This document shows positions 45,901 through 54,676 of a DNA stretch of 64,000 nucleotides, in pieces. Location of the stretch: NCBI GenBank assembly GCA_963968595.1, contig CAXAHJ010000004.1, positions 19,273-83,272 of the forward strand, read 5' to 3'. The notes under the pieces are model-generated. The model was not told where the DNA came from. It ran no database searches and was given only the letters and a program-made list of their open reading frames with translations. Each line of letters starts with the position of its first letter. The first letter of the stretch is position 1. This stretch comes from an uncultured Opitutales bacterium. Its GTDB lineage: Bacteria > Verrucomicrobiota > Verrucomicrobiia > Opitutales > Seribacteraceae. The position numbers and the translations under genes were made by a program.

Positions 45901-48711
45901 AAAGGATTTGGCGTAGTTGACGTTTCTTCCCGCACCATCTTCCGAGAGCATTTCAACCTCTAACTGAAGGTCGGATAAATTCTTGCGCAAACGTTCCTTC
46001 TCCAACTCCGAACGCTCAAGGTCCGCCAACTGCGATTGCATGGCGTTAGCCAACTCCGAACGCAAACCATCAACTTCTCCATTCACCTGATCGGCTTGAT
46101 CAAGACTTTCCTTAAGAACCCGAATTGTCCCAAGGGCTTCCTGCAATTGAGCCACCGCTTGGTGTGCCTCGATGCTATTACCCGAGCCTGCTGTTTTGAG
46201 CCGAGCAATCTCAATCCGGGTTTCATCCAGTTCATTCTTGAGATCCTGTATAAGTCCCTTCGACTTATCAGTTCTATCATACATTGTGGCCTGAGTGGCA
46301 GCCAACTGTTCACGGGTCTGCTCTAACTGATGCTCCAAGGCAGATACCTGAGAGGCACCTTGTTCTTCCGCTTTCTCCTTGGCCTCCTTCGCAAAAACAA
46401 GCTCCACTTGGGACTCATTCAACTGTTCACGCAAGGAGGCAATAATACGATCGGCGTCGGACACTTGAGAATACTGGGTTTTCTTCGTCTCGTCCAGTAT
46501 ACCATTCAATTGGCTAAGTTGGTCGGCAATGTTCTGAACATCCGCCAATTCATTTTTTACAGACGATACTTCGTCGCGAACTTTTCTCAACTCAAATTCC
46601 TGACCTTTCAACAGCTTATCTTTTTCAGACAGTTCAACCAAGCTGGATTGGTGTCGGCGCTTGGTCGTCTCAAGTTCTACTTGCAAAGCAGAAATAAGTT
46701 CGGCGGCCTTACCTTGTTCCGAATCAAATCGCTGTACGAGATCGTCAATACGAGATTGGGATTCAGACAAGGACTGTTCCATATCACCCACTACGGGAAC
46801 TTTTCGAATGGCGCCTTGGGTCGCCTCTTGGAGAGCAATTTGAGATTGTTGTAATTCTTCCTCAAGAGACTTGATGGTAGAGGCAAACTCAAATTCCTTT
46901 CGAGCCATTATGGCCCGAGCATTTTCAAGAGCGGATTTCGAGGAATCAAGATCTTGATGGGATTGGCCTACATTATCATTCAGAGAGCTCATGGTTTCCG
47001 CCAGTTGGGCCCGCAGTTCCTGGCTATCAGCTTGGGCTTCACTCACGGTCAGTTTAGCTGAGTTCAACTCCAACAAGAGGTTGTTTATATATTCTGTGCT
47101 CACGCCTTTGTTCGGTTTATCCTCGTCGATTTGCTTCATGGTTTGACGCAGAGCAGTCAACTGGGTCTCAAGTTCTTCTTTTCCCTTGAGTTCGTCCTGT
47201 AAGCGAGCGATCTCGGCCAATGCCTTTCCGGGTTGATCGTTCGCTTCCGTCATCGAGCTCCGTAGGTCGGAGAGCTGAGATTCCAGTTCTTCCTTGTCGG
47301 TCAGTTCAGCCTCCAAACGTGTAATCTCTACCAACGCCTTGCGCAGTTCATTACGTAATTCCCCGGATAGCTCAGGGTTCCCGGCGGCTTGCGCTGACTT
47401 CGCTTCCAGCAGGGCCGTTTTTGTTCTCTCCAATTCCTGCTCAAGAACAAGCAAACGGGACGCATCCGCTCCCGAAGACATGGCCACGGCACGAGCAGAA
47501 TCCAATTCCTTGCGCGTTCTCTCCAGTTCGCTGGAGAGAGTTCGGATCATTGTGTTGGATCGATCTTGCTCCGAAAGAAGGGACCGACGAGCCAGCTTCA
47601 GTTCTTCCCGAGATGTTTTTAATTCAGCCTCCAATCGCGACACCATTCTGCTCACCGCCTCAACACCTGAAGCATTTTGACCTCGAGTCTTGAGTAAAGC
47701 CATACGAGATTCTTCCAATTCGTTAACCAAACGCTCCGACTCCTTGACGCTTGTTTGAAGGGAAACGATTTCTCTGTAGGCCCTTCTTAAATCACTTTGC
47801 AACTTTTCGGTATCTTCGGAAAGAGCGACTTGAAGATTATGCGAGCTCGCTAGCTTAGCGCGAAGTTCCTCTAAACTGGAAGCGGATGAACGCTGTCCAG
47901 TTGCGGTCTGACGAGCAGAACCGATGTCAGCTCCTTCGGAAAGGATTGAGGGCTTGAAACGAGAACCGGAGCCCCCCTCGTCAATCGCCTTGACCGCATC
48001 CGTTATTCCTCGTGAACCAGAAGAAAGGGCCACATCGGATTTAGGCGGAGATGCCTTGTTCTTCTCGCCGGCAAGGCGAGACTGTGCAACTTGATCGAGA
48101 ATTCCTGAAACTTTTTGGCTAAGGGCCGTCGCCATTATGCTTCCCTTCTGTTCGCCCGCCTTGACCAGCTGAGCTACAGCGCTCAACTCGTTATCAACAC
48201 GATCAAGATTTTCAGATATTATACGCAGAATGGGTAATGCCTCATCCGGATTGCCGCCGGTGTTATCCAACGCATCATTGAAAATTCCTTTGGTTTCCTC
48301 AAGACGACCTTCGATGCCCGAAAGTGTTCGAGCCGTTTCTCCTTGCCTACGATCCAATTCCCCTTCCACTGCGGAAAGTTCTTCGGCTAGTTTCGAAACC
48401 TCTATCGACAAATCTTCGCTCGCTTGACCTGAACTGGCGGGTATGCCGTTCCGAGCCTGCTCGAGATTACGGGCAATACGATCCGTTTCGGACCTGAGTC
48501 TCAGACGGGCTTGCGCCTTGGCGAGGTCCGAGGTCCGGGCATCGAGAGTTTCCAACGACTGCCTGATCGCAGTTACTTGAGTCTTGCCATCTAGGGAGGG
48601 AGTCGGCGGCGGACTATCTAACTGACTGAATGCAAAGGTTACTATTCCAAGCAACAGCAAGGTCAAGGCGACCCAGCTGAGCCTTCGAGCAGAAAGGCGT
48701 GGCTTTTTCAT
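42979..48711 (-). CDS. giant (1910 aa) coiled-coil protein with N-terminal anchor/signal, Ser-rich linker and C-terminal beta-sandwich-like domain
   Basis: Uninterrupted 5733-nt ORF with ATG at 48711. N-terminus MKKPRLSARRLSWVALTLLLLGIVTFAFSQ. About 1600 aa of E/Q/L/A/K/R heptad-like sequence follow. Then a linker SLSASSSSSGSAPRSSFPSLSSGRGVGGG..., and a C-terminus TDARGLAKVSSLAPGTYHIIGTAPLGQVGVVWSKPFYIESG resembling carboxypeptidase-regulatory-like folds. Confidence 0.85.
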   Translation of the reverse strand: MKKPRLSARRLSWVALTLLLLGIVTFAFSQLDSPPPTPSLDGKTQVTAIRQSLETLDARTSDLAKAQARLRLRSETDRIARNLEQARNGIPASSGQASEDLSIEVSKLAEELSAVEGELDRRQGETARTLSGIEGRLEETKGIFNDALDNTGGNPDEALPILRIISENLDRVDNELSAVAQLVKAGEQKGSIMATALSQKVSGILDQVAQSRLAGEKNKASPPKSDVALSSGSRGITDAVKAIDEGGSGSRFKPSILSEGADIGSARQTATGQRSSASSLEELRAKLASSHNLQVALSEDTEKLQSDLRRAYREIVSLQTSVKESERLVNELEESRMALLKTRGQNASGVEAVSRMVSRLEAELKTSREELKLARRSLLSEQDRSNTMIRTLSSELERTRKELDSARAVAMSSGADASRLLVLEQELERTKTALLEAKSAQAAGNPELSGELRNELRKALVEITRLEAELTDKEELESQLSDLRSSMTEANDQPGKALAEIARLQDELKGKEELETQLTALRQTMKQIDEDKPNKGVSTEYINNLLLELNSAKLTVSEAQADSQELRAQLAETMSSLNDNVGQSHQDLDSSKSALENARAIMARKEFEFASTIKSLEEELQQSQIALQEATQGAIRKVPVVGDMEQSLSESQSRIDDLVQRFDSEQGKAAELISALQVELETTKRRHQSSLVELSEKDKLLKGQEFELRKVRDEVSSVKNELADVQNIADQLSQLNGILDETKKTQYSQVSDADRIIASLREQLNESQVELVFAKEAKEKAEEQGASQVSALEHQLEQTREQLAATQATMYDRTDKSKGLIQDLKNELDETRIEIARLKTAGSGNSIEAHQAVAQLQEALGTIRVLKESLDQADQVNGEVDGLRSELANAMQSQLADLERSELEKERLRKNLSDLQLEVEMLSEDGAGRNVNYAKSFARLNEQLLSSQGEVAKLEARLAQSENSGVGTITALEEQLELARNRVNELEASVEDVEQGKGNTLELLERELVMTKRKLDEMEARQGNEVPETANLERRLISAKLQLDDLAKQRGDDTGQNELAERLNEQLMSAEAKLAKLEFNDSLQTDGVPANLVKFNRLEHELAEAQNTISSLQSIVEAKDLERELAEAKLAKSIKELELLPQSGDQSASLRKELDDLRSQLSQAVGRQPGSSEPDLRVAELRGEMESLKAELELARELASRALAKDPDVAKLQSQLADKYGEVLELETDLQQANERLAALAKTSPENQPSVELEELNQRLAYSLSQFESVELAKAAAEKKVLDLTEALSSSQGLRDDLVQLQQDLALAKGQLAQSSTTQVEALQAKLDETRGALTKSESQVAGLQGLGNDLLLLQQDLATAKAETAQASPNSPTPALRAELEQTRLALRKSDNDVLQLNSEFKRSLEDFAQLKNSVAFLESENARLKGAGAIGGGSAPDALARENATLRAQVQQRDASILSLRENMAKMPLSGVGSNEGELRARILQAEGQAEVARNAEQSAKMNLDRTDADLKEANRRLIVLEEDLRVARTRSAELDAARLGTASVSSGVPDFTGSSPVGTSLLKKLSEENERLKTELTLSQSSQGNDALGRELQEERQKNLISGMQIERERAKINDLQNELQASKQVKRETFERERAQQQQITLQDNELNISRDRVAQLEGAVVSLRDAIRVLRGGGSSESPIRSLSASSSSSGSAPRSSFPSLSSGRGVGGGFAATSRVSPVPSRIDPLPLPSRSGRGFSRSTRPSAASSNSPSIPVVRSVPTGDGNLEVNANVQFLNNKVRPASDIEFFVLRDDLDTIVKRSGIQIPVREGIKTAAELWARSIQSGYRYPGVAAHIRNALADSNLARIKTDARGLAKVSSLAPGTYHIIGTAPLGQVGVVWSKPFYIESGTTNQLNLDLRGASWAQ
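44518..44835 (-). repeat. intragenic tandem duplication, 2 x 53 codons, in the giant gene
   Basis: Unit 1: GLRDDLVQLQQDLALAKGQLAQSSTTQVEALQAKLDETRGALTKSESQVAGLQ. Unit 2: GLGNDLLLLQQDLATAKAETAQASPNSPTPALRAELEQTRLALRKSDNDVLQLN. I checked the codon register at 44835 and 44676. The DNA is similar but diverged. Confidence 0.7.
47098..47325 (-). repeat. intragenic tandem duplication, 2 x 38 codons, in the giant gene
   Basis: Residues 463-500: ITRLEAELTDKEELESQLSDLRSSMTEANDQPGKALAE. Residues 501-538: IARLQDELKGKEELETQLTALRQTMKQIDEDKPNKGVS. I checked the codon register at 47325. Confidence 0.7.
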
Positions 48712-48788
48712 GTGTCAACATATTGTTCTCGCGCGTAAAGTTGGCAAGAACGGATTTCCGAAGGTAACTCGGATCCGACCGAGGGAGA

Positions 48789-49109
48789 TTAGACTTTTGG
48801 CTTCTGCCAAGGATATACCGTGCGAGGTACGCCAATCAATTTTTCCTTCAAGTCGCGACTGGCGAAGCGGGCAAGATGGTAGATCAAGTCGTCTGTCGAT
48901 TCGATCTCTTTGCCCGTATCCTTGCTAACCTTGTGGTAAAGCTCGCGCAAATAGTCATTGAGACGGGCTTCCTCTTCATGCTTGGACAATTTGGTCTCAA
49001 CCTCGCTCTCAATGGAACGACGTTTTTCACCTTCGGGAAGATCGTCAGGGACAGAAATGGTTATATTGGTCATAAAGGAAGATACAATATTAGGATGAAA
49101 ACTTTCCAT
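48789..49109 (-). CDS. small acidic hypothetical protein immediately upstream of the giant gene
   Basis: 106-aa ORF with ATG at 49109 (alternative ATG at 49073: MTNITISVPDDL...). It is on the same strand as the giant gene, 77 nt upstream. No recognisable domain. Confidence 0.45.
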   Translation of the reverse strand: MESFHPNIVSSFMTNITISVPDDLPEGEKRRSIESEVETKLSKHEEEARLNDYLRELYHKVSKDTGKEIESTDDLIYHLARFASRDLKEKLIGVPRTVYPWQKPKV

Positions 49110-49180
49110 GACGCAAAACTTTTTTCTATCTTGCCGAGATTCGATCTACAATATATGGATGAAATTTATAAGCGGCTATT

Positions 49181-49265
49181 GCCCGGGTGGCGGAATTGGT
49201 AGACGCGCCGGATTTAGGATCCGGTGCCGTAAGGCGTGAGGGTTCGACTCCCTCCTCGGGCACCA
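49181..49265 (+). tRNA. tRNA-Leu (anticodon TAG), CCA encoded
   Basis: GCCCGGGTGGCGGAATTGGTAGACGCGCCGGATTTAGGATCCGGTGCCGTAAGGCGTGAGGGTTCGACTCCCTCCTCGGGCACCA. Anticodon stem CCGGA/TCCGG with loop TTTAGGA, a long variable arm, and T arm GAGGG-TTCGACT-CCCTC. Confidence 0.95.
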
Positions 49266-49273
49266 TACCAGTA

Positions 49274-50827
49274 TTAAAAGGCGTCGCCAAACGCCCCTTG
49301 CCAAATGCCTAAAACGAGAGTCGCTGCGGTAAGGATAACCAACGTCAGCTTGAAAATACCGCCGAGCTTGAGTCCGTCCCAAGGGTCGGGCTCACCATCT
49401 TCCTCATCGGGAAATTTTGGGCGAGGAATAAACAGTGCCTCGCGCAACCAGCCGAAATAGTAGTAAATGGAAATCACCACACCAACCACCATGACGGCGA
49501 GGGAAAAGTAAAGCTTTGCCTTGAAAGCAACTACGAAGAGAAGAAGCTTGGCGATAAATCCGGCAAACGGGGGAACGCCTGCAAGGGAACAAACGCCACA
49601 GGACAAGACGAAAGCAAGAAAGGGGTTCTTTTGACCGAGTCCCTCGTAATGCGAAAATTCGTGTTCGGCGTCGTCGGGCACATTGGCCAAGCTCATCACG
49701 CCAAAAACGGCAAAACTCCCTAGGAGATAGGTGAAAAGATAAAAGGTGATCACCCAGTCGGCCTGCATGGTTTGAGAAAGCATGGCGGCGATTACGCCAA
49801 CTAGAAGATACCCCGCATGAGCCACACCCGACAAACCCAACAGTCGCTTGAGGTTGCGTTGAGCGCAAGCGGCAAGGTTACCGAAGAGAATAGTGAGGGT
49901 GGCAATGAACCCAAGGATCGGGAGGAGAAAATCGCTCATGCCCTCAAAAGGGCCGTTGACGAGATTGAGAAGAACAAAAAAGCCGGCGGCCTTTGAGGAA
50001 ACCGCAAGAAAGGCAGTTATGGGCATGGGTGAACCGTGATAGACGTCGGGCACCCATATCTGGAAAGGAGCAGCCCCGATTTTGAAGGCTATGCCCGAAA
50101 TGATGAGAATAACGCCGGCCCGTAAGATGAGGTTGTCGGAATTGGCTTCAAGGAAATAGGATAAATATCCAAATTCCAGTGGGTCATCCAGTCCCACCCC
50201 GACCGGTACGCAGCCCCAGGCTTCGGGATTCACCGCAACTCCATACAAAAGCACAATTCCAAATAGAAGAAGAGACGAACTGAGGGCGCCGAACACCAGA
50301 TACTTGAGCCCCGCTTCCAAGGACTTTGCGCTGTCGCGCTGATAAGCTACTAGAACGTAGAAACAAATCGCCACCGTCTCCAAAGCTACGAAAAGCATGA
50401 GGAAATGGTTGCTTTGTACAAGAAGCATAAGGCCTGCCGTGGCAAGCATGGTGAGGTGATGAAACTCCCCTCCGGCCAACTTGCGTCGACGCAGGTAACT
50501 TTCTCCGAGAATGGATACTAGCAAGGACGCGAGCAGAAAGAAGCTTCGCATGACCTCTCCCCTTGAGCTTTGTCCCAGTAGACTGGAAAAGGTTTCGTGG
50601 TCGAAGGGATGATGCCAAATAAGGTAGTCGATGAGGTGAAATACGAGCAGGGAGGCCTGAAAGAAAATGGCGATGGGGCCGGCAAAAGAACGGCGACCAA
50701 GTTCTTTGGAACGGAAAAGTTCCAATCCGAGAACAAGGACGGCCCCTAGGGCCAAGGCCAGCTCCGGCCAGACCTCGAACCAGTCGTTCGAATCGGCGAA
50801 AAGCTTGAAAGGAGCGAGGTCAATCAT
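49274..50827 (-). CDS. nuoN: NADH-quinone oxidoreductase subunit N
   Basis: Polytopic antiporter-like protein in last position of the nuo operon. ATG 50827 overlaps the nuoM stop (ATGATTGA). The ORF opening at 50899 is rejected. Confidence 0.85.
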   Translation of the reverse strand: MIDLAPFKLFADSNDWFEVWPELALALGAVLVLGLELFRSKELGRRSFAGPIAIFFQASLLVFHLIDYLIWHHPFDHETFSSLLGQSSRGEVMRSFFLLASLLVSILGESYLRRRKLAGGEFHHLTMLATAGLMLLVQSNHFLMLFVALETVAICFYVLVAYQRDSAKSLEAGLKYLVFGALSSSLLLFGIVLLYGVAVNPEAWGCVPVGVGLDDPLEFGYLSYFLEANSDNLILRAGVILIISGIAFKIGAAPFQIWVPDVYHGSPMPITAFLAVSSKAAGFFVLLNLVNGPFEGMSDFLLPILGFIATLTILFGNLAACAQRNLKRLLGLSGVAHAGYLLVGVIAAMLSQTMQADWVITFYLFTYLLGSFAVFGVMSLANVPDDAEHEFSHYEGLGQKNPFLAFVLSCGVCSLAGVPPFAGFIAKLLLFVVAFKAKLYFSLAVMVVGVVISIYYYFGWLREALFIPRPKFPDEEDGEPDPWDGLKLGGIFKLTLVILTAATLVLGIWQGAFGDAF

Positions 50828-52478
50828 GATCGCTATCCTTTGCTTTGGAAGCATCGGCAGGTTCTTCGCCTGCCGTGCCGTTAGTATCGAAGCCCTCATT
50901 CACTTCCGGTTCATCGGCGGCAAGCTCGCAACAGGCGGGCAAACTTCCAGGCTCCACGGCCTCGAAGGCTTGGTAGCGATTACCGATTTCACCATTTACA
51001 CGGTCGGAAATCGTGCGAGGCCACAAACCGAGGAGAAGGAGTGCGGCTACGAGCAAGCCGGCAGGAAGCAATTCCGAGAGATTTAGATCCTTAACGGGGT
51101 TTTCCTTTTCAAATTCAGCGAATTCTTCCGTCTGTTCACCAAAGAAAACATTGGCCACTGCGCGTAATCCAAAGATTGCTGAAATAATGATTCCTATAAC
51201 AGCGAGTACCAAAGCAAAGCGAGTACCGGGGTTTTCGCCTAGAGACATAAAAATCCCGAATTCCCCCCAGAAGTTTCCAAAACCGGGAAGCCCGATGGTC
51301 GCGAGTGCGGCAGCTAAGAAAAAGCAAGCCAACACAGGTGTCTTGGTTGCAAGTCCGCCCATTTCATCCATTTCAAAAGTGCCACACCGACGATACACGA
51401 AGGTGCCGACCAAAAACATGAGGGCCACGGAAAGTCCATGCGCAGTCATAAGCATAACGACAGAACCGGCCCCAAGAGCGGAACAGGTGGCTACTCCTAG
51501 AAAGCAGTAACCCATGTGCATCACGGAGCCATAACCGACCATGCTCTTCAGATTGTTTTGAGCCATAGTCACTAAACCGACGAAAAGTACGTTACCCAAG
51601 GCCAGCCAGATCAGGAAATCACTCCATTGAACAGCTCCGGACGGAAGTAGCGGAACCGCAACTTGAACCAGTCCATAAAGGCCAAACTTCTTGAGAACAC
51701 CGGCGTGGAGCATGGAAACCGACGTCGGGGCCGCGCTGTATGCCCGGGGAGCCCATGTGTGAAAGGGAAACAAGGCCACCAATATACCGAAGCCAAGGAG
51801 AAATAGTCCAAAAATTTTGAACTGCGCGGACTCAGCTAAGGGTGTCGTGGAAAGAAGGTTGATCAGAGTGGGGAAATCAAATTTCTCCGCGTCTCCCATG
51901 ACGTTCAAGGCGACCAGTCCACCAAGCACGACCAACGCCCCGAGCGTAAGGTAAATGGTAATCTCAAGAGCAACGCTGCGACGATCACGTCCGCCCCATA
52001 GTCCTATCATTATGAACGTCGGAACCAGAGCGAATTCGTGGAATAGGAAATAAAAGAACAAATCCACGCTGGCGAAGAACCCCATGAGGCCGGCCTGCAT
52101 GAGGGTAAGCAAGGCGAGATACAGACGGATACGCTCAGCCCCAGAATGGATGGCAGCCAAGCCTGCGGCCAAGCCCACGAAGCCGGCCATGGCAAACAGC
52201 GGCGACGAAACTCCATTCAAACCTAGGTGGAAGGTAATTCCCAATTCCTGTAAACCAGTTCGATCAAAAAGAACTTCGTACTTGTAATCCGCTCCCACGG
52301 CGCCTTCAAACCAAAGGAAAAGGAGAATTCCGGCGACAAAGGGAACGCCAAAGCCAACATAGGCCAATTTCTTGGCTGTCTCATCGCTTGTGACTACCCC
52401 GGTGAACAAACATATCGAGACAACCGTCGGTACCACGATCGACGCTAACAAAAGCAACTCTTCAAAGCCTAAGTTCAT
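50820..52478 (-). CDS. nuoM: NADH-quinone oxidoreductase subunit M
   Basis: Antiporter-like subunit (HTWAPRAYSAAPTSVSMLHAGVLKKFGLYG). ATG 52478 lies 1 nt after the nuoL stop. It has an acidic C-terminal tail of about 60 aa. Confidence 0.9.
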   Translation of the reverse strand: MNLGFEELLLLASIVVPTVVSICLFTGVVTSDETAKKLAYVGFGVPFVAGILLFLWFEGAVGADYKYEVLFDRTGLQELGITFHLGLNGVSSPLFAMAGFVGLAAGLAAIHSGAERIRLYLALLTLMQAGLMGFFASVDLFFYFLFHEFALVPTFIMIGLWGGRDRRSVALEITIYLTLGALVVLGGLVALNVMGDAEKFDFPTLINLLSTTPLAESAQFKIFGLFLLGFGILVALFPFHTWAPRAYSAAPTSVSMLHAGVLKKFGLYGLVQVAVPLLPSGAVQWSDFLIWLALGNVLFVGLVTMAQNNLKSMVGYGSVMHMGYCFLGVATCSALGAGSVVMLMTAHGLSVALMFLVGTFVYRRCGTFEMDEMGGLATKTPVLACFFLAAALATIGLPGFGNFWGEFGIFMSLGENPGTRFALVLAVIGIIISAIFGLRAVANVFFGEQTEEFAEFEKENPVKDLNLSELLPAGLLVAALLLLGLWPRTISDRVNGEIGNRYQAFEAVEPGSLPACCELAADEPEVNEGFDTNGTAGEEPADASKAKDSDHD

Positions 52479-52479
52479 T

Positions 52480-54360
52480 TCAAAAATGCCCGAACCAGCC
52501 TGCGGCATAGGCGAGAAAACCGACGACACCGATCAAGAACCAGAAAGCGTAGGCATGAATGCGACCCAAGTAAAAAGACTTGCCGAGCAAGGCGAAAAGA
52601 CCGGCCGCTCCCGCACTGCCGCGTACCATAAACCCGGAAATGAAAAGGAGTTCCAGCACCTCGAGGATGCGAGCAACACGTTGCTGGATGGATGTCACGT
52701 AGAAATGGTAAATCTCGTCGAAGAATAGTTTGCTGGAGCAAAGCTGAAACAGCGCAGGAGCTTTTTCGATGAGAGGATCTTCGTTGCCGACTTGTCCGTA
52801 AAGGCGTCGAGAACCCAAGGCTCCCGCAACCCAGGCGAAAGTACCAAGGACGACCATCCACAAGTGACCCGACATGCCGTGAACCACATGAAGATCAGCA
52901 TGAAACGCGGCAAACAAAGCTTCAGGCCAAAGCGCCTCGAATCCGCCAATTGCCGAAAGGACAGCTAGGATGATAAGCGGCCAAGTCATCACCGAGGGAC
53001 TCTCATTAGCTTCCGCGACATGCTTGGAACGGGGTTCCCCGCAAAAAGCGATCCAGTATAGTCGAAACATATAAAAGGCGGTAAGAATCGCTCCGAGGTA
53101 AAGAACTACAAAAACGGGAAGATTCAAATTGTAGGCACCCAACAGGATGGCATCCTTGCTGAAATATCCGGAAAAGAAATTAACTCCGGAAATGGCGAGT
53201 ACGCCAACAAGGAAGGTGTTGGCGGTTATGGGCATGCGACGACGCAGACCGCCCATCTTGAAAATGTCTTGCTCATGGTGACAGGAATGAATTACGGAAC
53301 CTGCGCCGAGGAACATGAGTCCCTTGAAAAAAGCATGCGTGGCAAGATGGAAGAGCGCCACGCCCTCTAAGCCCAAGCCGAAGGCGGCGGCCATGTAACC
53401 GAGTTGCGACAAGGTGGAGTAAGCGAGAATTTTCTTGATGTCGCGCTGAACCAAGGCGCAGAAACCTGCGTACAGGCCCATAGCCGCTCCAAGCAAAGCA
53501 ATAAAGGACAAGGCTTCCGGGGTAAAAAGGAAATCTATGCGAGCCAGCAGGTAGATGCCGGCGGCAACCATAGTGGCGGCATGAATAAGAGCCGAAACGG
53601 GGGTCGGTCCCGCCATTGCATCGGGCAACCAAACCTGCAAAGGAAACTGGGCGGACTTCCCTATGAAACCGCAGGCCAAGGCCAGGGCGATGCCGGTAGT
53701 GGCGCGAGCGGGATCGGCAGCCATGAGCTGGCTCAGTTCGGAGAGGTTTACGGTGCCAAACATCCAGTAAGTCAACACAATGCCGATGAGGAAACCGAAG
53801 TCCCCCACCCTGTTGACGATAAAGGCCTTCTTCGAGGCATCGGAAGCTTCCTTGGTATGAAAGTAATGGGCGATGAGCATGTAGGAACTAAAGCCGACCA
53901 GCTCCCAGAAAACGAAAATCATGATCAGGTTGTCGGCCAAAGTAATGCCCAACATGGAGAACATGAAGATCGACAGACCTCCAAAATAACGAGCCTTCCC
54001 GGCATCGTCGGCCATGTAGCCAAGACTAAACACATGAATGAGAAAACCGACGAAGGATACGACGAAGAGAAGAGCTTTGGACTCGTTGTTTGCTTCGGGA
54101 TCATCGATGTGGAAATCAGCGACTATCTTGAAGTCGGCGATTTCCAGCCAAGTTACGCCCGAGTCTACGATAGCATCGCCTAATTCTGAGTCCGCAGAAG
54201 CAGACTCAGAAAAGATGATCTGGAGTGAAAGCAAAAGAATCGCTCCAGCAGCAGCGACGGAGATGTAAGAGGCGATTTTTCCGTTCCGGCGAAAAAACAG
54301 CAGGATAGTCGCGGCCGAGACCAACGGAATTAAAAGAAGCGTACCGGTGGTGATGTCCAT
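52480..54360 (-). CDS. nuoL: NADH-quinone oxidoreductase subunit L
   Basis: 626 aa. WLPDAMAGPTPVSALIHAATMVAAGIYLLAR, plus a C-terminal extension region typical of NuoL. Confidence 0.95.
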   Translation of the reverse strand: MDITTGTLLLIPLVSAATILLFFRRNGKIASYISVAAAGAILLLSLQIIFSESASADSELGDAIVDSGVTWLEIADFKIVADFHIDDPEANNESKALLFVVSFVGFLIHVFSLGYMADDAGKARYFGGLSIFMFSMLGITLADNLIMIFVFWELVGFSSYMLIAHYFHTKEASDASKKAFIVNRVGDFGFLIGIVLTYWMFGTVNLSELSQLMAADPARATTGIALALACGFIGKSAQFPLQVWLPDAMAGPTPVSALIHAATMVAAGIYLLARIDFLFTPEALSFIALLGAAMGLYAGFCALVQRDIKKILAYSTLSQLGYMAAAFGLGLEGVALFHLATHAFFKGLMFLGAGSVIHSCHHEQDIFKMGGLRRRMPITANTFLVGVLAISGVNFFSGYFSKDAILLGAYNLNLPVFVVLYLGAILTAFYMFRLYWIAFCGEPRSKHVAEANESPSVMTWPLIILAVLSAIGGFEALWPEALFAAFHADLHVVHGMSGHLWMVVLGTFAWVAGALGSRRLYGQVGNEDPLIEKAPALFQLCSSKLFFDEIYHFYVTSIQQRVARILEVLELLFISGFMVRGSAGAAGLFALLGKSFYLGRIHAYAFWFLIGVVGFLAYAAGWFGHF

Positions 54361-54364
54361 TTCC

Positions 54365-54673
54365 CTAGTTCTTGAGCATGGTCAGGTGCTCGGAAAATAC
54401 GCTTTGCCGTTTTTTGTAGAGGGCCACCAGCAGGGCCAAGCCTACTGAAACCTCAGCCGCAGCCACGGTCATTATGAAGAAGACGAACAGGCTTCCATCC
54501 ATATTTGCGCTGTGCCGGGAAAAGGCCACGAGAGCCACGTTTACGGCGTTGAGCATAAGCTCCAGCGACATGAGGACGAGCAGAAGGTTTCGTCGCAAGA
54601 CGACACCCAGAAAGCCGACTGAAAAGAGCAACACGGCCACCACGAGGAAATCTTGAACGCCAATGGTATCCAT
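54365..54673 (-). CDS. nuoK: NADH-quinone oxidoreductase subunit K
   Basis: 102 aa with 3 TM segments. LMSLELMLNAVNVALVAFS and AAAEVSVGLALLVALY. Confidence 0.9.
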   Translation of the reverse strand: MDTIGVQDFLVVAVLLFSVGFLGVVLRRNLLLVLMSLELMLNAVNVALVAFSRHSANMDGSLFVFFIMTVAAAEVSVGLALLVALYKKRQSVFSEHLTMLKN

Positions 54674-54676
54674 TCC

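Noticed and set aside
53404-54183. 259-aa ORF on the plus strand
   Set aside because: It is antisense to nuoL. Shadow ORF.
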